From an uncultured Gemmatimonadales bacterium (lineage in GTDB: Bacteria; Gemmatimonadota; Gemmatimonadetes; Gemmatimonadales; GWC2-71-9): a stretch of 64,000 bases of DNA. The first letter of the stretch is position 1; each line of letters begins with the position of its first letter. A model generated the notes under the pieces. The model saw only the letters and a list, made by a program, of their open reading frames with translations, was not told the origin of the DNA and ran no database searches. Shown piece after piece: positions 1 through 10,050 of the stretch. Both the position numbers and the translations under genes were made by a program. The DNA lies in NCBI GenBank assembly GCA_963846435.1, contig CAWJVX010000001.1, forward strand, positions 6,992 through 70,991, read 5' to 3'.

Positions 1-1260
1 GCGCGCATCGACCGGTTCTGGATCTGAGCGAGCTGCGCCAACAGCTTGCGCCCTTCTACAGTCACACAGGGCGTCCCTCGATTGATCCCGAGCTGATGAT
101 ACGGATGCTGATCGTCGGTTATTGCTCTGGCATCCGCTCGGAGCGCCGGCTGTGCGAGGAGGTGCATTTGAATCTCGCCTATCGGTGGTTCTGCCGCCTC
201 GGGCTTGAGGACCAGGTTCCTGATCACTCCAGCTTCTCCAAGAACCGGCACGGGCGCTTTCGGGAGAGCGATGCCTTCCGGCTTCGTGTTCGAGACGGTG
301 GTGACGCGTTGCATGGCCGAAGGCTTGGTCGAGCGGCGAGGGGTTTGCCGTGGATGCAAGCGTGGTGAAGGCTGATGCGAGCCGAGCTCACCGGGTGTCG
401 GGCGAGGAAGTTCGGTTCGTGGAGCATGGGCACCCGACGCGCGCCGTGCGCGAATACCTGGCGGCGCCTCGATGGCGAGAGCGATCAAGCAAAGCGCCAC
501 AGCGTCTCGCTCACCGATCCTGGTGCAGTTTGGACCGCGGCTCCTGGGGGTCCGGCCTTCTTCGGTTACTCGACCAATTACCTCATTGATGTGCAGGCTG
601 GAATCGTTCTAGATGTGGAAGCAACGGGCGCTGTCAGCGACCAAGAAGTAGAAGCCACCAAGAAGATGATCGAGCGAGTTGAACAGCAGTTGGAACTAAA
701 GCCCAACCACCTCATCGGAGACACGGCCTACGGTGCGGCGCCGATGCTCGCGTGGCTGGTGAAGGAGAAGAAGATCGAGCCGCACATCCCGGTGTGGGAC
801 AAGGCCGAGCGCCAGGACGGCACCTTCAGCCGCACCGACTTCACCTTCGAAGCACAGGACAACCGCTACGCATGCCCAGGCGGGCGCATCTTGAAACCAC
901 GGGCCGCCCAACGGCCGAAGGGACGATCCTCTACCGATCGAAGAACCTCGAGCGTGCGCAGCCTGCCCGTTGAAAGCCAAGTGCTGCCCCAACACGCCAA
1001 ACCGCAAGATCGCCCGCAGCGTGCACGAGTCCGTCTCGTGACATTGCCCGAGCACTGGCAAACACAGATGCTTATAGAAGTCACGTAAGGATCGCAAGAA
1101 GGTGGAGATGCTCTTCGCGCACCTGAAGCGCATCTTGAAGCTCGATCGGCTACGACTGCGCGGTCGAAGCGGTGCGCAAGACGAGTTCCTGCTGCCGCCA
1201 CCGCCCAGAACTTACGACGGCTTGCCAAACTGTGCGTGCTCTCGCCTCCCGCTGACAGCA
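1..1260 (+). mobile_element. IS5/IS1182-family DDE transposase gene remnant (5' end off-window, several frameshifts)
   Basis: Consecutive transposase pieces lie in different frames. These are SIDPELMIRMLIVGYCSGIRSERRLCEEVHLNLAYRWFCRLGLEDQVPDHSSFSKNR (N-terminal domain), STNYLIDVQAGIVLDVEATGA..IGDTAYGAAPMLAWL (DDE core) and VEMLFAHLKRILKLDRLRLRGRSGAQDEF (C-terminal motif). No terminal inverted repeats identified. Confidence 0.8.
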
Positions 1261-1521
1261 GAGGTGCGCCTGCATAAAGGGAAAACGACCAGAAATAGGT
1301 GAATCGAAGGCAATTAAGGGCCAGCGCAAGTACTACTGAAGCGCAAGTTCCAATCCGCCACGGGCGCGATGGCAGAAAGCGGCTCCGCTCAGACGTGTTC
1401 TTCAACAGAATCGGCCGACAGTACGCGTACGACGATCTATCCGCAGGACTACAAGTAGGCGCGCGATTGTTCGAACCGGCGCCGCGTGCTAGCGTGAGCG
1501 CGTCGAAGCGGAGGAGCCGCC

Positions 1522-2523
1522 ATGCATGCCGGAGTTCGTTCTCTAACGATGGGTTCGCATCTGCTCGTTCTCGGCATGCTGGGCGCGGCGGCGGTCGCCC
1601 GCGCCCAAGCGCCGGACGTAGCGGCCGCATACCCCAACCGCCCCATCCGCATCATCGTTCCGTTCTCGGCCGGCGCCGGGAGCGATTTCCTCGCCCGCTT
1701 GATCGGACCCAGGATGTCCGAGAAGTGGGGCCAGCAGGTAGTCGTCGACAACCGACCGAGCGCCGCGGGAACGGTGGCCGGCGAGATCGTGACACGCGCC
1801 ACAGCGGACGGACATACGCTGATGATCACGTCCTCGGGCATTGCAGCCAGCGCCGCGCTCTACCCGAAGCTGCCCTACGATACGGTCAAGGATTTCGCAT
1901 CGGTGACCAAGCTGGCCGTCACCGCTACGCTGTTCGTCACAGCGCCGAACAGCAGTCTGCGCACGATCAAGGATCTGATCGAACAGGCAAAGAAGCGACC
2001 CGGACAGCTCACCTACGGACATTCCGGGGTCGGCAGCGGCACCCATTTCGCCAGCGAACTGCTCAATGTGTCGGCCGGCATCAAGACCGTACACGTGCCC
2101 TACAAGGGCGGCGCGGAAGTGATGACGGACGTCGTTTCGGGCCGGATCGATTACGGCGTGGTGCCGATGCCGCCCTCCGTACCGCTCGTCAAGTCGGGGC
2201 GGGCCCACGGGATCGCCGTCACCACGGCCGAGCGCAGCTCCGCGCTGCCGGAAGTGCCGACCGTCGCAGAATCCGGCCTGCCCGGTTACGTCTATGACGG
2301 CTGGTTCGGAGTGTTCGCACCGAGCAAAGTGCCGGCTGCGATCATCAACAAGCTCTCGCAGGAAGTCGCGCGCATCCTGGCGCTTCCTGAAGTTCGCGAT
2401 CGCATCCACTCGATCGGCATGGAACCGACGCCAAGCTCGCCGCAGGAGCTGCACAGGCTGCTCACCACGGAAATCGAAGTGCGGAAGAAGATCTTCGGCA
2501 CTCAGGCGGGAAAGCTGCAATAG
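1522..2523 (+). CDS. Bug-family (TctC-like) tripartite tricarboxylate transporter substrate-binding protein
   Basis: 333-aa ORF with a signal peptide (LLVLGMLGAAAVARAQA). Family-typical motifs: YPNRPIRIIVPFSAGAGSDFLARL, VVDNRPSAAGTVAGE, YGHSGVGSGTHFASELL, HVPYKGGAE. Confidence 0.88.
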   Translation: MHAGVRSLTMGSHLLVLGMLGAAAVARAQAPDVAAAYPNRPIRIIVPFSAGAGSDFLARLIGPRMSEKWGQQVVVDNRPSAAGTVAGEIVTRATADGHTLMITSSGIAASAALYPKLPYDTVKDFASVTKLAVTATLFVTAPNSSLRTIKDLIEQAKKRPGQLTYGHSGVGSGTHFASELLNVSAGIKTVHVPYKGGAEVMTDVVSGRIDYGVVPMPPSVPLVKSGRAHGIAVTTAERSSALPEVPTVAESGLPGYVYDGWFGVFAPSKVPAAIINKLSQEVARILALPEVRDRIHSIGMEPTPSSPQELHRLLTTEIEVRKKIFGTQAGKLQ

Positions 2524-3139
2524 CGGCGGAGAACGATGATGCTCGCAGGTCGGTATGAGCTTCCCTTGTCTACGGCCTCCGCCGGCGTACGCGATGCCGA
2601 TGTCGACGGATACGAGCTGGCGCTCACCCTGTATCCGACGCGGTCGAGTCCGCTCGCCATCGACCCCGGCCTCGCGCTGGCCAATGCAGGCAAGGCGCAG
2701 GTCCAGATGTAACGGTAAACCCGACATTCGATGCCGCTCCGTCGGCAAGCGTCGTTGACCGTCTGTTGACCGGCGGCGACCGGTCAGCACACTTAACGTC
2801 CGCTCGCGGTGGCATGGCCGGATTCTGTTGAAAAACGGAAATTTCAGCTAGACCAATTTCCTCTCAGATGCGGGATGTCATCGAAAGACGAACCCCAATA
2901 CATCGCATCAGGAGCCGCCCACAGGTCCTACGTCGCACCGTCTACGTTCTTGGTGTCCCCCCAGCCTGATACGGGTTCCGCATCGTATAGACGGCTGGAC
3001 TCAGCGTCCGCAAAAAAAGAAAGTTCCCAAGATAATCGCCGGAGGAGCAGTCGTTGCCGGAGGCGACCATGACGATTCGGAGTTGGCCCGTTCGAGCCCG
3101 TTGGTTGCCGATTCCATATGCAAAAACAGTCGTTCGCAG

Positions 3140-4123
3140 CGCACCACTCTATTACCCGCGTCGCCGCGCAATGATCTCCATTGGCATCATCAGTCCAGTA
3201 GCTTCGCGGTATTCAGGTTTACCGCCAGTTCGAATGTCATAGGCTGCTCATCGGCAGGTCACCTGGTTTCGCTCCTTTAAGAATGCGGTCGACGTAGTAG
3301 GCAGTGCGGCGGGTCATGGCCACGCGGTCGGTGCCATATAACAGCGCGCCCTCGTCGGTCCACTCCCGAGCCCCTGCGACGAGTGGCCAGCGGCGGGCCA
3401 GTGCCAGTGTCGCGATGCGCCGCCGTTCGTTGAATAACAGCGGACCTGACATTGCAATGAGCGCTTGCACGTTCCGCTTAGCAAGACGCATCACGGCGGC
3501 ATCGATCTCCTCAGATGTCGCTGCCCCCTCGATATGGCCTTCAATTCAGTGGTGGGCGACCGAGCGTCGTGCCGAATCCATCAACGCAGCACGAATGACT
3601 GGCGGCAGGCTGGCATCGCCCAGAAACCCGATCCGCCGCAACTTCGGGACGGCATCCAGAAGACTTCAGATGTTTTGCGTTGATCTTCTCCCCATCGACA
3701 CTGGTGAGCCCGGTGATCATGCCACCTGGCCGAGCGAGGTTCGACGCAGCCTCCTGCCTGCCAGCGGATCGCCCGCAGCCACGATAATGGGCGTCGTTGG
3801 AGCGGCGTTCGCCGCCGCGGCGACCGCTGGAACTGTAGCCGCGACGATGACCGCTGGCTTTTTCGCCGCCAGCTCCCCGGCAAGGCTGGGCAGCCCATTC
3901 GCCATCCGTCCGCCCAGCGTTCCTCGATCACGAATTGGGAGCCGTGCTTTCGACCGAGTGCCCGAATCTCTTCTGTGAACGCGGCGAAGATCTTCTCGAA
4001 CGAACGACGTGAACCGGCATGCAGCCACCCGATGGCACTCCACTGGCTGCTTCGACGACCCGCCCGTGCAAGCGCCCACCATGACCCCGCGAGAATCAAA
4101 GCTCGTCTCTTCAGCTCAATCAT
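3140..4123 (-). pseudogene. ABC transporter substrate-binding protein (Bradyrhizobium-type periplasmic binding protein family), frameshifted
   Basis: Pieces lie in at least 3 minus-strand frames: IGWLHAGS..AAFTEEIRALG..FVIEERWADG, LAGELAAKKPAVIVAATVPAVAAAANAAPTTPIIVAAGDPLA, TRRTAYYVDRILKGAKPGDLP, then PMTFELAVNLNTAKLLD. Confidence 0.6.
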
Positions 4124-4846
4124 TAGTGTTGGGCAGCCTCAGCAAGGGATTCCGCCAATTCTCAACAAGAGCGCTTGATAAGTATGTGCGTGGGCGTACA
4201 TAATAAGCGCACAGGCAGCGCTGCGTAGCATGGCTCCCCAGCATATGCACGCTAGTTCCACCCAAGAACGGTTTCGTTCAGGATGGCGATGATGAAATGC
4301 TTTTCTGATGCATGCGCATGGTGATTTACGGCGGCATCGCTGCCGCGTTCGTCGCGATCACGGTGTATCGAATCTCGGCGAGTTCCAACGCGGCCTGTGC
4401 CGCGCATTGAATCTCGCGCCGTAATCGATCGGCTTCCTGGTGATCGACTGCGCAAGCACCTTGAGCTGTCCCGCGAACGACACCCCACAGGGCCCCCCAG
4501 ATTAGGAACCAGGGGGCAAATGCAAAGGGCATCAAAGCTACCCCAGATCGAAGCATGCTCCTCGGTCAGCTCAAACAGCATTGCCATGGCCGAAAGAAGG
4601 CAGACCGCAAGACCGCCTACGCCCAGCTTCGGCTCGACAGCCTGCCCCGCCGATGCTGCGGATCTGCTGGCAGCGCTCCTGGGCGGACCGTGTTGGTGCC
4701 CCTGACGCAGATGTTGGTGAAACTGGTAGGCAGCGGGCGAATTGCTTATCCTTGCTGCACAGGCCCTGTTGTAGAGGGGCAAGCGTTCGCGCCCACGGAG
4801 AGGACCTCATGGATTCAATTCGGTCCCTGACCCCAGTTCGCCAGGC

Positions 4847-5830
4847 GTGGCCCGGCGCCGATTCCTGAAGCGCGGCGCGGCGCTCGGCGGCTCTCCGGAT
4901 CGCGGCCGGCGGTCGAGCCCAGGAAACCCCAGCACCCGATGATCCATCGAGGTGCTGGGAAACCAGCCGGCCCTACGGCGACCGCTCCCGATTCGAGCCG
5001 GCCAGGGAAAGTTCGCCGGACGAAGACAGACGAGATCGCCGCCAGTCCCACACGCCGCTACAGGATATGCACGGGATCATCACGCCGTCCTCGCTCCATT
5101 ACGAGGTCCATCGCGGCGGCGTCCCGGACATCGATCCCGCGAAGCATCGACTCCTGATCCACGGATGGTCGATCGTCCGTTCATCCTCACCTGGAGGAAA
5201 TCCGGCGCCTGCCGTCCGTCTCGCGCATCCTCTTCGTCGAATGCTAGGGCAACTCGGTCGAGTGGCGCGCGCCCACGGGGAAGAACGTCCGGGCACGCAC
5301 GGGACCAGCTGCAGCGAGTGGACCGGTGTGCCGCTCTCGCTCCTTCTGCGCGAGGCCGGCGTGCAGAAGGGAGCCTCCTGGATCTTGGCCGAGGGCGGGG
5401 ACCGGCAGAGCAACGAGAAAGCATCCCGATCGAAAGGCGAGGCACGAAACGCTGGTGGCCGACGGATAGAATGGCGAGGCCGCCGCGGCCCGAGAACGGA
5501 TTTCCCCTGCGCCTGATCATCCCCGGCTGGACGTGCAACATCAACGTCAAGTGGCTGCGCGCGGCTCAAGGTGGTCGAAGAGCCGTACATCACACGCATG
5601 GACACCGTCGGCCAGCCGAGCGTGCTGCCCGACGGCAAGGCGCACGGATCAACTTCGTCATGGAGGCGAAGTTGGTGATCACCTCTCCCTCGGGCGGCCA
5701 GCGACTCCGGGGCCCGGGGTTCCATGAAGTTCGAGGCTCTGGCGTGGACGGGGCGGGAAGGGGGGGCTGATCCGCCGGGTCGATCAAGGCTGGCCCTCTC
5801 CCGATGGATACTCTTCTTTTGTCTTTTGCA
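4847..5830 (+). pseudogene. Sulfite dehydrogenase/oxidase-like molybdopterin subunit (SorA-like), multiple frameshifts and 3' decay
   Basis: GTG start followed by a Tat-like RRRFLKRGAALGGS. Later pieces in shifting frames: MHGIITPSSLHYEVHRGGVPDIDPAKHRLLIHG, FPLRLIIPGWTCNINVKWLR, FVMEAKLVITSPSGGQRLRGPGFHEVRG. Confidence 0.6.
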
Positions 5831-5926
5831 GGTTTTCTGCGCCGGCGGCGACGTGCGCGCCCGCAGTTTCTCGCCCGGAGGGAGTAGCAGTTCATGAAGT
5901 AAAGTCGAGCGACGAAGAGCAATGGG

Positions 5927-7198
5927 ATGGATCGCAGCTGGCTGGGCAAGCCGCACGAGGACGATCCGGGTCGCCTGTACAGCCAGACGGCCGCCGACTG
6001 GCGGTACCGCGTGGACGTCGATCGGCTGCGCAGTGAGCGGCTGGTCAAGCTGCAGGCCGAGATGAAGAAGGACGACCTCGGCGCGCTCGTCCTGTTTGCC
6101 GGCGCCAACATCCGCTACGCCACGGCTACCTACCAGGGCGACTGGAAATACAACATCAACATCCGTTACGCGGTCGTCCCCGCTGAAGGGAAGCCGACGC
6201 TGTTCGAGACCGCCGGCTCCGACCTGCAGTGCGCGAAGATCGACCTGCCGTGGATGGAAGGCCGCATCCGTCCCGCCATCACCTGGCAGTGGGCGGAAGG
6301 CGCCGTGCCCTACATGGCCGGCCGGATGGCCGACAGCGTGATGGAAGTGCTCAAGGAGCACAAGGTCGAGAAGGAGAAGATCGGCATCGACAACCTCGAC
6401 ATGCCCGCCTTCGAAGCCTTCAAGAAGCTGGGACTGAACATCGTCAACGGCTGGCCGGCGGTGTCGCGTGCACGCGTCGTCAAGACCCGCGACGAGATCG
6501 AGCTGCTCAAGATGGCGTCGAGCATCGGCGACGCCGCGATGTGGAAGATCAAGTACGAATGGCTCAAGCCTGGCGTCCGCGAACGCGAGATCGAGGCGAA
6601 GGTCCATGAGTTCATGCTCGAGCGGGGCTGCGAGATCGACTACGACATCATCGTCGCCTCGGGCGGCAACACCAGCCCGTACCGCCGCTGGGCGACCGAC
6701 AAGCTCATTCGCCAGGGCGACCTCGTCATCGTCGACATCAACGCGGTCGGCCCCTCAGGCTACTTCATCGATTTCGTGCGCTGCTTCAAGTGCGGCGGCC
6801 CGTACGGCGTGAAGATGAGCGGCAAGGAAATCGACCTCTACCGGGAGGTCTACGACTCCATGTATGCCGGGATCGAACAGCTCAAGCCCGGCAACACCAC
6901 CGCGGACGTCGCCAAGAAGTTCCCGGAGTACGACGACGACAAGTACGGGACGGTGACGCTGCAGCAGTTCGCCCACAGCATCGGCATCACGCTCTACGAG
7001 GGCATGTGGATGTCGCGTGCCTACTCGATGAAGTACCCGGCGGAGATCAAGGAGAACATGTATTTCGCGATCGAGACGTTCGCGGGGCATCCGTACCTGC
7101 CGCAGACCTGCCGGCTCGAGGAGAACGTGCTCGTCAGCGCCGACGGTCCGGTGATCTTCACGCGGATGGAGCACATGGAAGAGGCGATGGCCAAGTAG
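5927..7198 (+). CDS. M24-family metallopeptidase-fold protein (creatinase/prolidase/DddP-like)
   Basis: Intact 423-aa ORF. Creatinase-like N-domain, then a pita-bread domain (VKTRDEIELLKMASSIGDAAM, GDLVIVDINAVGPSGYFIDF, FAHSIGITLYE, YFAIETFAG). Confidence 0.7.
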   Translation: MDRSWLGKPHEDDPGRLYSQTAADWRYRVDVDRLRSERLVKLQAEMKKDDLGALVLFAGANIRYATATYQGDWKYNINIRYAVVPAEGKPTLFETAGSDLQCAKIDLPWMEGRIRPAITWQWAEGAVPYMAGRMADSVMEVLKEHKVEKEKIGIDNLDMPAFEAFKKLGLNIVNGWPAVSRARVVKTRDEIELLKMASSIGDAAMWKIKYEWLKPGVREREIEAKVHEFMLERGCEIDYDIIVASGGNTSPYRRWATDKLIRQGDLVIVDINAVGPSGYFIDFVRCFKCGGPYGVKMSGKEIDLYREVYDSMYAGIEQLKPGNTTADVAKKFPEYDDDKYGTVTLQQFAHSIGITLYEGMWMSRAYSMKYPAEIKENMYFAIETFAGHPYLPQTCRLEENVLVSADGPVIFTRMEHMEEAMAK

Positions 7199-7199
7199 G

Positions 7200-8178
7200 A
7201 TGGCGTATCAGGTAGCCGTCGCTGATTCCGTCTTCCCGAACCTCGACCCGGCCACGGCGGTCGTGTCGAGGATCGGGGCCACGCTCCACCTGGCGCCGGA
7301 GGCCACTCCGGACGCCATCATGAAAATCGCCAGGGACGCCGACGCGATTCTCGTCACCTACGCGAAGATCACCGGCGACATGATCCGGCAGCTCACCAGG
7401 TGCCGGATCATCTCGCGCTTCGGCATCGGCGTCGACAACGTCGATATCCCGGAAGCCACCAAGAAGGGCATCGTGGTGACGAAGGTGCCCGACTACTGCA
7501 TCGACGAGGTGTCCGACCACGCGATGGCGCTGCTGCTCGCCGTCGTCCGTAAGATCCCGATGATCAACGCCCAGGTGCACAAGGGCACCTGGAAGATGCC
7601 GAACGTCGTGCCGATCGCCCGCCTGCGCGGCAGCACGCTCGGGCTCATGGGCTTCGGCCGGATCCCGCAGCTCGTGGTGCCGAAGGCCAAGTCGTTCGGG
7701 ATGAAGGTCATTGCCTACGACCCGTACGTGCCCAAGGACGTCTTCGCGAAGCTGGGCGTGGAACAGGTGGACTTTCCGACCCTGCTCGAAGACGTCGGAC
7801 TACGTGTCGATCCACAGCCCGCTGGTGCCCGAAACGAAGGGCATCTTCAACGCCGAGGCGTTCAAGCAGATGAAGAAGACGGCCTATGTCGTCAACACGG
7901 CCCGAGGTCCGATCGTCGATGAAGCAGCGCTGGCGGCGGCCCTCGACGCCGGCGAGATTGCCGGTGCGGCGCTCGATGTGATGACGCAGGAGCCCCCGGG
8001 CGACAAGTCACCGCTGTTCGGGCGCGACAACGTGATCATCACGCCGCACACGAGCTTCTATTCGGAAGAGGCGCTGGTGGAGCTGCAGACGAAGGCAGCC
8101 GAGGAAGTGGTGGCCGTGCTGAGCGGCAAGGCGCCGCGCAATCCGGTGAATCCCGAAGCGCTGTCGAAGACGGCATAG
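7200..8178 (+). CDS. D-isomer-specific 2-hydroxyacid dehydrogenase (CtBP/PGDH-like), one apparent frameshift near 7791-7795
   Basis: ORFs 7200-7922 and 7711-8178 join as ..VDFPTLLE/SDYVSIHSPLVPETKG... Motifs GLMGFGRIPQ (NAD binding), VVNTARGPIVDEAAL, ITPHTSFYS. Confidence 0.8.
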
Positions 8179-8205
8179 AACAAAGACAGCCTCGAAACCA
8201 GCACG

Positions 8206-9234
8206 ATGGCCAACATGAGAGCGATGGTCCTGACCGGGCCGAACGAGTTGACACTCGACGAAGTCGCCAGGCCGGCAGCCGGTCGCGGCGATGTTCTGGT
8301 CAGGGTGACGCACAGCGGCATCTGCGGCACCGACTACAAGATCTTCAACGGCTCCATCCCGGTGCGTTACCCGCGCATCATGGGGCACGAGATGGCGGGA
8401 GAAGTCGTCGACGCCGGCGACAGCAGCCTGCGCGTCGGCGAGCGCGTCATCGTCGATCCGGAGCTCTATTGCGGCAACTGCTTCCATTGCCGCATCGGCC
8501 AGGCGCACCTGTGTCCGAACGGCCAACTGCTCGGGCGCGATGCCAATGGCGGGTTTGCCGAGTACCTGGCGGCGCCGAAAAGCCAGGTGTTCAGGCTGCC
8601 CGACAGCATCGGCCGGAACGCGGCGCCGATCATTCAGGTGCTGACCACCTGCCTTCACGCCCAGCGCCAGGTGGATATCTTCCCCGGCGAGTACGTGGTG
8701 GTCCAGGGGTTGGGGGTGACCGGTCAACTGCACGTGCAGCTCGCCAAGGCCCGCGGAGCCACCGTGATCGGCGTCACCCGCAGCGCCGACAAACGGGCGC
8801 TGGCCGAAACGCTGGGCGCCGACCTCACCATTCCCGGCGACGAACACGCCGTGAATGCGGTGCGCGAAGCCACCGAAGGGCGCGGCGCGGACATGGTGAT
8901 CGAAACCACCGGCTTCGTGCCGCAGCTGGCGTCCGGCATCAACATGACCCGCTCCGGCGGCCGCGTGCTGATGTTCGGCATCATCACGGCCAAGGAAGGC
9001 GCGCTGCCGTTCTACGACCTTTACTTCAAGGAAATCTCGCTCATCAACGCGCGGGTCGCCAAGAGCGAGGATTACCCGGGCGCGATCGGCCTGGTCGAGC
9101 GCGGCCTGGTGCGGCTCGAGCCGCTGATCAGCGACGTCATGCCTCTCGGGGAGCTGAAGGCGGCAATCGGGATGCTTGGTTCCGATGGCGGCGCCCAGCG
9201 CATGAAGATTGTTCTCGAACATGGAGTGAACTAA
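8206..9234 (+). CDS. Zinc-dependent medium-chain alcohol/polyol dehydrogenase
   Basis: 342-aa ORF. Motifs GICGTDYKIF, GHEMAGEVV, DPELYCGNCFHCRIGQAHLC (structural Zn), VQGLGVTGQL (Rossmann). Confidence 0.85.
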   Translation: MANMRAMVLTGPNELTLDEVARPAAGRGDVLVRVTHSGICGTDYKIFNGSIPVRYPRIMGHEMAGEVVDAGDSSLRVGERVIVDPELYCGNCFHCRIGQAHLCPNGQLLGRDANGGFAEYLAAPKSQVFRLPDSIGRNAAPIIQVLTTCLHAQRQVDIFPGEYVVVQGLGVTGQLHVQLAKARGATVIGVTRSADKRALAETLGADLTIPGDEHAVNAVREATEGRGADMVIETTGFVPQLASGINMTRSGGRVLMFGIITAKEGALPFYDLYFKEISLINARVAKSEDYPGAIGLVERGLVRLEPLISDVMPLGELKAAIGMLGSDGGAQRMKIVLEHGVN

Positions 9235-9302
9235 TTTGCGATTTGCGATTTGTGATTTGCGATTGGGTGAAATCACAAATCAAAGATCACAAATCACAAA
9301 TG
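9233..9302. repeat. Inverted tandem-heptamer hairpin element (ATTTGCG/ATTTGTG x4 versus AATCACA-type x4)
   Basis: Left arm 9233-9264, spacer gggtga, right arm 9271-9302. Most mismatches are C-A on the plus strand, i.e. G-U on the minus-strand RNA. It fills the gap from the ADH stop codon (9232-9234) to the SD/ATG of the next gene (9313). Confidence 0.85.
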
Positions 9303-9312
9303 AGGTAGAGAC

Positions 9313-9942
9313 ATGATGAAGACAATCGTGGGTATCTTGTTCGTGGGCGTTTTCCTGGTCGCGCCCTCCATGGCGAGCGCGCAGGGCGCGACGCCGATGC
9401 CAATCGAGAAGGCCGTGATTCCCGACGCCATCGCCGCGCGGACGCTGGTGAAGTACCAGCTCACCTCGACGCTGGCGCGTCAGATCGTCAATGCCTGCGT
9501 CGATTTCGCCCGCAAGCAGACGCCGAATCCCGGCAACTACGCCATCTTCGTGCTGGCCCCGAATGGCGACATCATCGACGCACACGTCATGGACGGCGTG
9601 GTCCCGATCGGCGTGGAGACCGGCCTGATGAAGGCGAAGACAGCGCTGTATGCGCGCTCCACGTCTCGGGCGGTGTCGGAGCGGTTCGCCGACGTTGAGG
9701 GTCGGCTGATTCGCACCGACCTTGGCCGTGAGCAGGGCCTGTCGTACTACTTCGTGGCCGGCGGCGTGCCAATCGTGCTGAATAACCAGCTGATTGGCGC
9801 GATCGGCGTCGGCGGCGGCAACATGGACGAGCCGTGCGCCTATGCGGCCCTCCAGCAGGTGCTCGGCATCCAGCCGCCCGCTCCCGCCGCTGCCGCGCCC
9901 GGCGCTGGTGGCGGCCGCGGCGGCCGCGGCGGCGGGCAGTAA
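9313..9942 (+). CDS. GlcG/HbpS-like (DUF336) heme-binding-family protein, secreted, with Pro/Ala then Gly/Arg tail
   Basis: Signal peptide MMKTIVGILFVGVFLVAPSMASAQG. Family motif GGVPIVLNNQLIGAIGVGGGNMDEPCA. C-terminal tail PPAPAAAAPGAGGGRGGRGGGQ. Confidence 0.75.
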   Translation: MMKTIVGILFVGVFLVAPSMASAQGATPMPIEKAVIPDAIAARTLVKYQLTSTLARQIVNACVDFARKQTPNPGNYAIFVLAPNGDIIDAHVMDGVVPIGVETGLMKAKTALYARSTSRAVSERFADVEGRLIRTDLGREQGLSYYFVAGGVPIVLNNQLIGAIGVGGGNMDEPCAYAALQQVLGIQPPAPAAAAPGAGGGRGGRGGGQ

Positions 9943-9946
9943 ATCT

Positions 9947-10047
9947 GTAGGGGGCAGGGGTTAGGGGGCAAGGGGGCAGGGCTGTCCTAGGGATCAGGCC
10001 TGATTCCTTAGACAGCCCTGCCCCCAGCCCCCTGCCCCCTCGCCCCC
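9947..10047. repeat. Long near-perfect palindrome built from GGGGCAG-like units (G-rich arm / C-rich arm)
   Basis: gtagggggcaggggttagggggcaagggggcagggctgtcctagggatcagg pairs with cctgattccttagacagccctgcccccagccccctgccccctcgccccc. Arms are about 50 nt, centred near 9998/9999. It fills the gap between stop 9940-9942 and the livH ATG at 10051. Confidence 0.9.
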
Positions 10048-10050
10048 TTC

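Noticed and set aside
2535-2711. 58-codon ORF (MMLAGRYELPLSTASAGVRDADVDGYELALTLYP...) downstream of the Bug gene.
   Set aside because: No family was recognised. It may be a gene fragment in the decayed region, and the evidence is insufficient.
4252-4782. ORFs 4252-4782(-) and 4326-4556(-) as a possible small membrane protein or toxin.
   Set aside because: There are two competing frames, no recognisable family and no clear start/RBS. The locus sits in a pseudogene-dense region and cannot be supported.
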